DNA of 63,186 nucleotides, filler included, from Octopus bimaculoides (Eukaryota), in assembly GCF_001194135.2 (NCBI RefSeq). It is 6 parts of 6 records of this genome, joined end to end, with 100 filler letters (N's around TTAATTAATTAA, not from the genome) between each part and the next. Parts side by side here need not be neighbours in the genome. Positions count along the whole stretch, not along the records: positions 51,072 to 53,145 come from NC_068981.1; positions 53,246 to 63,186 come from NC_068995.1; 4 more parts are not named here. One strand, 5' to 3'. Below the pieces are notes generated by a model that was not told the origin of the DNA, searched no databases, and worked only from the letters and a program-made list of their open reading frames with translations. Both the position numbers and the translations under genes were made by a program. Shown here piece by piece: positions 52,925 to 63,186 of this stretch. The stretch's first letter is position 1; every line of letters starts with the position of its first letter.

Positions 52925-53678
52925 TTTTTCAATCAATATTAAAAAAAAAATTATTATGAGGACAAAACCTTTCCTCTTCGGCCATAACCTCATCAACTTT
53001 TCCCAGGTAGAGTAGCGGGGTTGTTACCCTTCAGCAAATGTTTTGAAAGGTGGGTGCGAGTAACAAACATAATCTGTGTAAATGAACCTACTCTCAGCAC
53101 GTACCTGTTGGTCAGAAAATGACAGCTGGCAGAGATCACTTTAGCNNNNNNNNNNNNNNNNNNNNNNNNNNNNNNNNNNNNNNNNNNNNTTAATTAATTA
53201 ANNNNNNNNNNNNNNNNNNNNNNNNNNNNNNNNNNNNNNNNNNNNCACACACACACACACACACACTGCAAACCCTAACATACATTGTTTTATAAATTCT
53301 CATGCTACATAACTTTGAAACGTTACATTTGACAACTATTATTTTATAACTATATTTCGTATTATCTATTGATCTATCGATCAGTTTAATTACCTATGAG
53401 TCTGTTTAACTAGAGAAAGAGAGAAAGAGAGAGAGAGAGAGGGAGACATGAAAAGTGAAAGAAAGAAACAGAGAGAGGGAGAAAGGGAAAGATTTTAGAT
53501 ATACAGAGAAACGAACAGATCGATAAATCAATAGACAGATGGTATGAAATAAAATATAAAACATTAGTTAGCAAGGATAATTAAAATATTAATTTACGCA
53601 CACACACACACACATACACACGCACACACGCACACAGATGCAGAAACATAAACATATTGATATCCACAAACGTCTCAT

Positions 53679-53738
<60 letters not shown>

Positions 53739-53821
53739 AAATCATACACACACACACACACACACATACATATATAAATATATATATATGTATATATATG
53801 TACAAAGGTGTGTGTGTGTGT

Positions 53822-54060
53822 GTGGAGGCGCAACGTCCCAGTGGTTAGGGCAGCGGAATCGACGTCGCAGTTTCGATTCCCAGACCGGTTGTTGTGAGTG
53901 TTTATTGAACAAAAACACCTAAAGCTCCACGAGGCACCGGCAGGGAGTGGTGGCGAACCTTGCTGTACTCTTTCACACCAACTTTCTCTCATTCTTTCTT
54001 CCTGTTTCTGTTATATCTTTATTTCAAAGGGCCATCCTTGTCACACTCTGTGTCAAGCTG
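53822..54060 (+). mobile_element. tRNA-derived SINE (further family)
   Basis: ggaggcgcaacgtcccagtggttagggcag head with a B-box-like gtttcgattccc. Confidence 0.55.
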
Positions 54061-54849
54061 GATCTCACATTAAGGGTACACGTGTGTACTTGTGGTTGTT
54101 GAAGATAAAATATTGCCATAGTGGGTTGGTTTACTCATCGATTATAATATTTGTAAACAATAATGGATAAGCTAAAAACAAAATTGAAACTATTGAACAA
54201 TTGTCGAAATGACGAATCTAAGTTCTTTTCAGGTATGTATCACTCAGAGGTATACGAACAGGGTTCTTGATGCTTGGAATGTCTGAACGCGAAATTCAGA
54301 ACTGTTATTATCATTCGCATGTCAGATAAGGCATTCGGCACACCTTTCTTATTGATTAAGAAACGCATTTTACAAGCAACGAAGGTAATTATGGATCAAT
54401 CAACTGTATACAACACAAAACAGCTAGAGTGAATAGGTAACGCCAGTGCAAAACCATTCAATTTTCTTTTATTAACTCAACCGATGTATAAATGCCTATA
54501 AAAACAAAGTTTATCAACGATGTAAAGGTCCCTCCCGCCAGAACGTGAATAGTTAGAAAACAACGTTGTTATCTTTGTTTGGTTTGACAATGCTGAAAAC
54601 AAAGATATATATCGAAATTCGACATAATGAAATATCAATCATCCAATAGCATGGACTTCTTCGATAAAAATCACTCGGTGCTTTTTTCAAATCCATAACT
54701 ATCTGTTGTACCCGACGATTTTAAATGCATAATGGATGCCATGAAATCACGCCATTTTAGTGAATATATGTAAGACGGAAAAATGTCGGAAACGAATCTC
54801 ACTCTTTGCAATATAGATTTCTGGCAATCACACACACACACACACACAA

Positions 54850-54932
<83 letters not shown>

Positions 54933-55177
54933 CACACACACACACACACATGTACACGTTTATGCATGTATAAATATATATATTTCTGTGTGTGTGTGTG
55001 TGGCGCACGCGCAATTCTCTCCCTCTCTCTCTCTCTCTCTCCCTCTCTCTCTCTCTTCCTCTCCTTCTCTCTCCCTCTCCCTCTCTCTCTGACTCTCCTC
55101 CCTCTCTTTCTCTCTCTCTCTATATATAATCATCATCATTTAACATCCGTATTTCATGCCGGCATGAATTCAACAGT

Positions 55178-55436
55178 TGAAGTGTTGATATTACATTTAT
55201 TCTTTCATTACGATCGTTTCAACAACACATGGTTCAAACACATTATGAATATGAATAATAATTATGTAATATTACAACATATATGCGACATATGACTTTT
55301 GTGCGATAAAGTGACCATGGATCGCATATGATACGCTGTAATATTACATAATCATTTTTCCTGTTCATGATATGTCTCAACCGTGTATTATTGAAACGAT
55401 CGTAATGAGGGAACAAATGTAATACTAACATCTCCA
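55178..55436. repeat. Diverged inverted repeat with about 110-bp arms
   Basis: cattacgatcgtttcaa...attatgtaatattaca versus tgtaatattacataat...ttgaaacgatcgtaatg. The ORF track shows near-identical peptides on opposite strands. Confidence 0.85.
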
Positions 55437-56052
55437 TTTTGTCCAATGCTTTAAGGAGTCTGTCAATGAATAATAAAACACAACACTAAAATAGTAAGAA
55501 AAATAAAACAAACAACAATATCCCTTAGATTTTTGATTTTCCTGTTTTTATTTGAGATGTTTAGATAAACATTAGATTGCATTTTTTTTTTATTAGTGTT
55601 CCTTTAAAGAAATTTAAGTCTTTCATAAAAAGAAAATGTTAATTCTTTTATAACTTCAGATGTTTCTTGATGATTGTCTGACACAACTTTCATTACAATT
55701 CCATGCAATTCTTCTTTCAGAACAAAACCTCATTTTCTATTGGTCATGGTCGTCGTCGTTGTCGTCGTAGTAGTAGTCCATTTGGTCATCGTCGTCGTCG
55801 TCGTCGTCGTAGTAGTAGTAGTAGTAATAGTAGTACTGGTGGTAATTGAGGTGTGGTGTTAATTTCTTGCAATTCCTTTGATTTAGAAGAGGATCAAAAC
55901 TAGAATGTATAGGGCTGACATCCTCGTGTATTTCTTTGATTCTGATTGGCTGGAACAGAGAATATTTTGAACATATGAATAGTCTCAGAACTTAATACAG
56001 ATAATTATCTCCCCGCCCCTCTCTTTCTCCATATGCACGTACATAAACGCAT

Positions 56053-56132
<80 letters not shown>

Positions 56133-56374
56133 GTATGCATACAACCAAGTGAACTAAGTTGCGTGGAAACAATTGTAGTGATTACAAATAAATGTTCCTT
56201 TGTACTCTTTCTTGTTGACTCCAGTTTATTCAATTATCCATTCACACACTACAGAAACCCCAACGCAAATCTAGCAATACGGATAATACTACTGCTGAAT
56301 AATACTGGGTGAAATCTGAAGGTGGACGAGTTTTATACTGTACTCTACTACGCTCTTAACAGAATATGATCTAA

Positions 56375-56440
<66 letters not shown>

Positions 56441-56765
56441 NNNNNNNNNNNNNNNNNNNNNNNNNNNNNNNNNNNNNNNNNNNNNNNNNNNNNNNNNNNN
56501 NNNNNNNNNNNNNNNNNNNNNNNNNNNNNNNNNNNNNNNNNNNNNNNNNNNNNNNNNNNNNNNNNNNNNNNNNNNNNNNNNNNNNNNNNNNNNNNNNNNN
56601 NNNNNNNNNNNNNNNNNNNNNNNNNNNNNNNNNNNNNNNNNNNNNNNNNNNNNNNNNNNNNNNNNNNNNNNNNNNNNNNNNNNNNNNNNNNNNNNNNNNN
56701 NNNNTATATATATACACATCTATATATCATACTGCAATTATATGAAATTGTTACCGCAGAAGATT

Positions 56766-57015
56766 TCAATTATCCCTCCTGATAGCTCTTATTCGGAATG
56801 GTTTTGGTTTATGTAGCAGAAGGTATTCTAATTCGCCCTCCATGTGAAACGGCATTTTATCGTCTGCTGGTCGAATATTCATGCGATGTAGGATGTGTGT
56901 GAAATAGAGGAAGAGATTAAGAGTTGCCAGTGATTCTCCGGGACATTCTCGGACACCAATGCCGAATGGTAAGAAGCAGTCTGGAATGGATATGGTTTTC
57001 TCATCTTTCAGGAAT
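56766..57015 (-). CDS. Cytochrome P450, coding exon 4 (heme-binding, terminal)
   Basis: Acceptor tattttcag|A TTC CTG. Encodes (R)FLKDEKTISIPDCFLPFGIGVRECPGESLATLNLFLYFTHILH...FRIRAIRRDN*, with heme Cys at 56943-56945 and TGA at 56766-56768. The four exons total 1539 nt = 512 aa plus stop, with no frameshift. This exon has no ATG and is absent from the ORF track. Confidence 0.93.
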
Positions 57016-57279
57016 CTGAAAAATATACGTTATGACTATATTGAAAAAAAAGATAAATGCATTTATTTAGAAAAGAAAACACTACAATTTCGAATGGATT
57101 TTGAGATGAATGGAAGGGAGTGGGGTAGAAACAAGGATTATGGGTAATTGAAGAAGGAATCAGACCAATGACTCGATTCAAATGCTTGCTACAGCATGGA
57201 CTTTGCTAAAGGTAACCAAGAACCAGGTGATGGTGTTAAGCCACATGACAGAATAATGCTATTATCTAAATAATTACTA

Positions 57280-57460
57280 CAGCCATGGAGTGAGAAGAAT
57301 GGAAGAAATTTCTTCACAACTCATCTGGACTTTGTTGGATGAAAAAAAGATTGCAAGAAAATGCGAGTAATATTGTTGAGGTTCATAAAGAAGCAAGAAG
57401 GGTTGGAAATTAGTTCATTATGAGAACAAACACCATGAACAGAGCCATCTTTAGGTACTT
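57280..57460 (+). mobile_element. Possible RTE-type LINE RT remnant in P450 intron 3
   Basis: Decayed LDF(ADD)-like segment followed by HKEARRVG. Confidence 0.3.
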
Positions 57461-57551
57461 GTAAGCTCGCAACAGTACGGAAGATGACTCGCTTCTCTTT
57501 CGTTGAAATATAACCAAATTATATTATTCATGCACTTATGGCCCACCTGAT

Positions 57552-57990
57552 GTGAAGGCGCATGGCTCAGTGGTCAGAGCATCGAGTTTACGATCGTGAG
57601 GTTATGAGTTAGATTCCCAGACCAGGCTGTGTGCTGTGTTCTTGAGCAAAACACTTTATTTCATGTTGCTCCACTTCATTCAGCCGTAGAAATAACGTCA
57701 CTGGTGCCAAGCCTTGTGAGTGGATTTGGTAGACGGAAACTGAATGAAGCCCGTCGTATATATGTATATATATATATGTATGTGTGTGTATATGTTTGTG
57801 TGTCTTTGCTTGTCCCTCCAACATCGCTTGACAACCGATGCTGGTGTGTTTACGTGCCCGTAACGTAGCGGTTCGGCAAAAGAGACCGATAGAATAAGAA
57901 CTAGCCTTACAAAGAATAAGTCCTGGGGTCGATTTGCTCGAGTAAAGGCGGTGCTCCAGCATGGCCGCAGTCAAATGACTGAAACAAGTA
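57552..57990 (+). mobile_element. Chimeric SINE (family C head + family A body and tail) in P450 intron 3
   Basis: gaaggcgcatggctcagtgg...gtcactggtgccaag switches to ccttgtgagtggatttggtagacgg...gaaacaagtaaaag. Confidence 0.8.
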
Positions 57991-58022
57991 AAAGAATAAA
58001 AGAATATACAATTGAGTTATAC

Positions 58023-58122
58023 CTTGTTGGGTCGAATTTCTTTGGGTTTTTCCAGTATCTTGTGTCATAGTGAAGACTCCAAACATTACAGAGGATCCAG
58101 GTGTCTTTGGGAATATCATAAC
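58023..58122 (-). CDS. Cytochrome P450, coding exon 3
   Basis: Acceptor ccctttcaacag|GT TAT GAT. Encodes GYDIPKDTWILCNVWSLHYDTRYWKNPKKFDPT(R), 100 nt, phase 1 to phase 2. Donor ACA AG|gtataa falls at the PxRF meander motif. Confidence 0.92.
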
Positions 58123-58243
58123 CTGTTGAAAGGGATTTGTAATCATATAAATATATATGAATTGTGATATCCTTATAAGGATACCTCATTGTAAATTTAC
58201 TACATGATAAAATTAAGTCAGACCGTCATGTGTCTATATTAGC

Positions 58244-58650
58244 CTCAAATTTTGGCACAAGGCCAGCAATTTAGGGGAGCGGGGTAAGTCGATTACATCG
58301 ACCCCAGTGTTCAACTGGTGCCTAATTTGTTAACCCCGAAAGGATGAAAGGCAAAGTCAACTTCGGCAGAATTTGAACTCAGAACGTAAAGACAGACGAA
58401 ATACAGCTATGCATTTCGCCCGGCGTACTAACGATTGTGCCAGCTCAACTAGTAGAATCGTCAGCACGCCGGACGAAATGCTTAGCGGTATTTCGCCTGT
58501 CGCTACGTTCTGAGTTCAAATTCCTCCGTGGTCGACTTTGCTTTTATCATTTCGGGAGTCGATAAATTAAGTACCAGTTACGCACTGGGGTCATTGTAAT
58601 CGACTACTACCCTCCCCCAAAACTTCAGGCCCTGTGCCTATAGTAGAAAG
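58244..58650. mobile_element. Head-to-head inverted pair of SINE family B copies in P450 intron 2
   Basis: Minus copy at about 58244-58446 directly followed by a plus copy at about 58451-58650. A third partial copy lies at 58722-58830. Confidence 0.85.
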
Positions 58651-58651
58651 G

Positions 58652-58720
<69 letters not shown>

Positions 58721-58829
58721 CCGGAGTCGAATTTGCTTTTCATCCTTTCAGTGTCGATAAAATATCTACCAGTTGAGGGTTGGGGTCGATGTACCCCGAA
58801 ATTTCTGGCTCTGTGCCAAAGTTTGAAGG

Positions 58830-58862
<33 letters not shown>

Positions 58863-58873
58863 CCTCATCTTAC

Positions 58874-59668
58874 CTTGCAATACTGTATTTTTAACTGCTT
58901 GATGCGGGTAGAGAAAAGGCATTACTGAGGCCATTCTGTGAGCTTCACATATCGTAGCAAGTGTATAAGGTAATTTAGGCTGATCAGCAAGACTTGGGTT
59001 GTTTTTTCTTCCAATGACTTTATCTAATTCCTCCTGCACTTGTGACTGTATACCAGGGTACATGGCCATGTAACCAAGAAGCCATGTCAAACAAACAGCA
59101 GTCGATTCAAAACCACTGCCTGAAATCTCCAGTAAAATATTCTCCATGTCAGAACTAGCAAACAAACCTTTGTCGTCACCGTTTTCCACATAGACAAGAA
59201 GCTGGTCAGTTAAATCTCTCAGAACACAAGGATTAAAAGTATCTTTGTGGAAGTTGATGAGTTTCCTTTGGTATTCGTGCTGGAGACGCATTCTCTCTTT
59301 GATTTGCTTGAAACGTAAGTTTTCCAAGAAAGATGGCAAAGGGAAAATATTAGGAAATGTCTGTTTCAGACATTTTGCTCGAAGAGTGAGCGACTTGAGA
59401 ATCTCTTGGAAATTAGTGTCTTTCTCATCGTTGCGGTGCCACTGGCTGAATATTATCGACAGGGTAACATTTAGAAATGAAGGATAAAGAAGATTGAAAG
59501 GATTAAAGGGAGCCTTTTCTCTTATGAATTTCTGCAAGACATCCTGAACTTCACTGCCAATCTTCATCTCCGTATCATATTCCAGACAATATGTGCCATC
59601 TACCATACAGTCTTGCAAGAAATCACGCTTTTGTTCCAGTTTATCATCATAATCAGCCGTTATGAAAC
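58874..59668 (-). CDS. Cytochrome P450, coding exon 2 (helices C-K)
   Basis: Acceptor ttgctgtttag|GT TTC ATA, 795 nt, phase 1 to phase 1. Contains I-helix LLEISGSGFESTAVCLTW, YPGIQSQVQEELDKVIG, LPYTLATICEAHR (ExxR) and PFLYPH. Donor CAA G|gtaaga. Confidence 0.95.
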
Positions 59669-59704
59669 CTAAACAGCAAGGAAAAAAAAAAAGAATTATT
59701 TATA

Positions 59705-59721
59705 CATTATTATTATTATTA

Positions 59722-59798
<77 letters not shown>

Positions 59799-60119
59799 NN
59801 NNNNNNNNNNNNNNNNNNNNNNNNNNNNNNNNNNNNNNNNNNNNNNNNNNNNNNNNNNNNNNNNNNNNNNNNNNNNNNNNNNNNNNNNNNNNNNNNNNNN
59901 NNNNNNNNNNNNNNNNNNNNNNNNNNNNNNNNNNNNNNNNNNNNNNNNNNNNNNNNNNNNNNNNNNNNNNNNNNNNNNNNNNNNNNNNNNNNNNNNNNNN
60001 NNNNNNNNNNNNNNNNNNNNNNNNNNNNNNNNNNNNNNNNNNNNNNNNNNNNNNNNNNNNNNNNNNNNNNNNNNNNNNNNNNNNNNNNNNNNNNNNNNNN
60101 NNNNNNNNNNNNNNNNNNN

Positions 60120-60182
<63 letters not shown>

Positions 60183-60216
60183 TATTATTATTATTATTAA
60201 TAGTAGTAGTAGTAGC

Positions 60217-60265
<49 letters not shown>

Positions 60266-60270
60266 ATAAT
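59705..60270. repeat. (ATT)n / (AAT)n / (AGT)n array spanning a gap in P450 intron 1
   Basis: Read directly. Confidence 0.9.
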
Positions 60271-60347
60271 AGTAGTAGCAGAGTGTGTATGCGTGTGCTG
60301 CATTTTGGACAGTGACACTTCCACAGGAATTTGAATCCCTCTTAGAT

Positions 60348-60532
60348 CAGTGTTCCACACACGGTATGCCGCGGCACACTGGCGTGTCACGAAACGATGC
60401 TAGGTGTGCCGCAGTGTAACCTGAATATAATTTTTTCCCTATACTTTTAGTTATAGTTTTCGTTCAAGTGTGCCGCCGAATTTTGAAAAGAATATAAGTG
60501 TGCCGCAAGCGAAAAATGGTCGCGGAGCACTT
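60348..60532. mobile_element. hAT (Charlie-like) MITE in P450 intron 1
   Basis: Starts cagtgttcc and ends ggagcact, with internal gtgtgccgc repeats. Flanks tcttagat / ttctagac resemble the NTCTAGAN target preference. Confidence 0.65.
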
Positions 60533-61277
60533 TTCTAGACTGATAGTATAGATGGGGCCCATGGTAACGGCTTCTTTGATATTGAAGATGAGGCTCATGA
60601 TAACAGCTTCTGTTATAGTATTCATATCTTTTGTTGATCTTTACTGAGTTATGGTTGCTGTTGGTGGTATTGATGGTTATATAAATCGTGATGTTATGTA
60701 GCAACAGAAAAAAAACGCTTTTGTTATTGCTGATCAATATCGAAAATTTCATTGCCATCAACTTGAAATCATTGATATCGTCCATATCAGGTGTTCTAGT
60801 ATCGGTGCTTCGGTTGGTAGTGGTGGTTGGAGAAAACGATGTTGTTGTGGCTGTTACCGTTGTCAAGCATCACGTTCTCCCCACAACCCCCCGAAAAATT
60901 ATTCACAATAAATTCCAATATAATGAATCTATACGATCTGAAAGCTATTTGCAAAAAAAAAGAAAAAAAAAAAAATTCGTCAAAAATATCCATTTTTCTG
61001 AAAGTTACGACTAAACGAAGTCGTAGGGGTATGTGTAAACATGCCCGGATAAACTCCGCCACGTCATGTCTAAAAAATGCCCAAAGCATGTTGTATGTGC
61101 TTGGCAGTATCCTACGCTTCCATCAGAAGTGAAGGTTCCGCCAACATATCTAGGATTTCCTCTAGATACTAGGATGTTTATTTGAAGGAAATTCGGTGGC
61201 TATTTTCTAGCAAATACAACAATGTAGTTGTTGTTAATGTCGATATCAGTGTTAATGAATATTAGAGCATTTCTTAC

Positions 61278-61671
61278 CTTCATTCTTATCTCCAGACTTG
61301 TAGAGAGAACGTAAGACCGGACAGCTCGGTCTGTTGGCAAATGCGTCACCATTATAATGAAGACACTCCAAGATACTGTCCAAAGAACACAAGACGACAA
61401 TGTTTTTGCGAGAAATTGTGACGCTGTAAATGTCACCGTATTTATTTTTCAAGTTAGTCAACTGAAGATGTGCCTTGTTCAGTTGGATGTTTCCGATCAG
61501 CGGCCAATTAAACGGTCCCGGTGGATAGTTGTCATCTTTTCTCCTCCATAGTATGAAGAGCGTCACTGCAAGGATGACGACCATGGAAAACCACAAACTC
61601 ATCTCGACATTCTCCCATGTTGTGTCGGTAATCCTTAAGAAAGTCAGAGAATTATCATCTGTCGCAGACAT
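61278..61671 (-). CDS. Cytochrome P450 (clan 2, CYP1/CYP2-like), coding exon 1
   Basis: ATG at 61671. Encodes MSATDD...SLWFSMVVILAVTLFILW (membrane anchor), RRKDDNYPPGPFNWPLIGN (proline hinge) and KYGDIYSV...FANRP. Ends GAA G|gtaaga (donor at 61277), 394 nt, phase 1. M24 is an alternative start. Confidence 0.93.
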
Positions 61672-61758
61672 GGTTCTTGCTTGTTGGAGATTAGATTCCA
61701 GTCGAATGATGACGGATAAAGGTTTTGCTAGACGAAGAACCCTTTCTGTAATCCAGGG

Positions 61759-61883
61759 CTAAATGGAATGGTAAAAACTTGAAATCGTTCATTTTCTCAT
61801 TTTCTGTCGGGAAGAAATAAAAAGACACGATTAAAAAGAAAATATATAAATATAAAAATAAAAATGTTAAAATATACACTTAC
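61759..61883 (-). other. Putative 5'-UTR intron of the P450 gene
   Basis: Perfect donor GTAAGT at 61883, a T-rich interior, and acceptor ttaccattccatttag ending at 61759, 87 nt upstream of the ATG. No in-frame ATG lies upstream before an in-frame TAA. Confidence 0.5.
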
Positions 61884-63145
61884 AGTGTAGGAGATACATT
61901 CAAGCCATTCGAGAACGTTTAGAAACTCTTAACTGTTTACTATTTGATGGAATTGTGTTAGTGACGGGTTGCAGTGAGTGCAGAGAGAAAATTTTGACAC
62001 CATATAATAATTATTTAAGCGAAGTTAACAGTTTCTGTGTGTTTTTGAATGGCTAATACGAATGTTCCACGCAGTAATTGCTTCAGTTTCAACACACTAT
62101 CGCTCATTAAATCACTTGTCAGACAAGTACATCTCCGAAATGTTAAAATAGTAAATCGATAAAAGTCTGTACCAATGGTAGTTTTCAAACCTAAACAACA
62201 ACTGAAGTTTCCATAAGCTTCAATAACTCCCAAATCTGAACCATTGATTGATGCCAACCCTACACCATATGTTGTTACCAAACGTAAACTAACACGAAAT
62301 AGCAAACCATTGCCAGATGCCAAATTTCAACTTTACAACAAAACTTGTATCAAACCAATGAGGGTGCCTCCATGTAGTTGCTTGATCTGCTATATCTAGC
62401 CACCAAATCTCCCTTAAATGACACCCTACCGTCGTCTTAGATACTCTGACAAAAAAAAAAAAAAAACCTTTGATCATCAGGATGTACGTTCAGGGCCGAC
62501 CTTGGGCTAAACAACACAAACGCTAAAAGCTCTATATGTAGAAGAACATTTAATATTTGAATAAGAAAAAATGACGGGTTGTTTATATTGAGAAGGTCTT
62601 TAAGATCATAGCAATTCTAGATAAAGTTAAAACTAAACGNNNNNNNNNNTATATACGTCGAGAGGTAGGCCCCGTCGTTTATCGTCCCCAGCTCGACCTG
62701 CACCAAATATTCAAGGGCCAGTCAGTATACAAATCATGGTAATTCCATTTCTTAAAAAAATATTTTCTTTCAAGAAACGTATACTTCGGTCTACATTCAC
62801 CCTCTGTCTTTCCTGTTTTAAGATAAAAATAGACCAATTTGGATGAAGATTTAACTGCTGTTTCTAGCATTCCAGGTGACTATATAGCTCGGGCTGTTGT
62901 CCAGTCTGGTACCAATGTCGTCATCGATGGATGACAGATGAAAAGAAAACGATATAATAAAGCAACAACAACGATGACAACGACAGCAGCAGCTACAGCA
63001 ACAACAACAACAACAGCAGCAGCAACAATAGCAGCAGCAGCAGTAGTAGTTGTAGTAGTATTAGAAGCAGCAACGACTAAGAAACGTGGAAAGAAACAAG
63101 ACATAGAGATGCTTAATCATGACCGTCCCTTCAGGTGAGAGAGAC

Positions 63146-63185
<40 letters not shown>

Positions 63186-63186
63186 G

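Noticed and set aside
57-56769. The many YI/CV/HT/RE/SL-repeat ORFs and X-filled ORFs in the track
   Set aside because: They come from dinucleotide microsatellites and N-gaps.
62015-62323. 102-aa non-repetitive ORF upstream of the P450
   Set aside because: No recognisable domain or splice context; compatible with a chance ORF in promoter-side DNA.
1-63186. CRISPR arrays, rRNA genes or prokaryotic operons
   Set aside because: No repeat-spacer arrays or rRNA motifs; the sequence is eukaryotic with spliceosomal introns.

Overview
AT-rich, microsatellite-dense eukaryotic scaffold with about 25 N-gap blocks. The SINE repertoire and repeat style look like an octopod cephalopod (Octopus-like); this is recognised from memory, not searched. 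The only gene I can fully reconstruct is a minus-strand cytochrome P450 (clan 2, CYP1/CYP2-like). It has 4 coding exons (61671-61278, 59668-58874, 58122-58023, 57015-56766) giving 512 aa with intact PPGP, ExxR, PxRF and FxxGxRxCxG motifs, but an atypical I-helix (SGFEST) and C-helix (LxxxR). Between about 14.1 and 33.8 kb, SINE copies have lost almost all CpGs, suggesting a methylated gene body. Inside that domain are three tiny, phase-compatible minus-strand exon candidates (21, 20 and 57 nt) of an unidentified gene. 34.8-39.8 kb is a nest of dead DNA transposons: one hAT-like transposase and three mariner elements. The rest is tRNA-derived SINEs, MITEs/foldbacks, LINE fragments and simple repeats. 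The most unusual item is a tRNA-headed SINE at 50.3-50.6 kb whose tail folds as a minimal type I hammerhead ribozyme of the Penelope-like kind. Almost all ORFs in the supplied track are artefacts of microsatellites or N-gaps.
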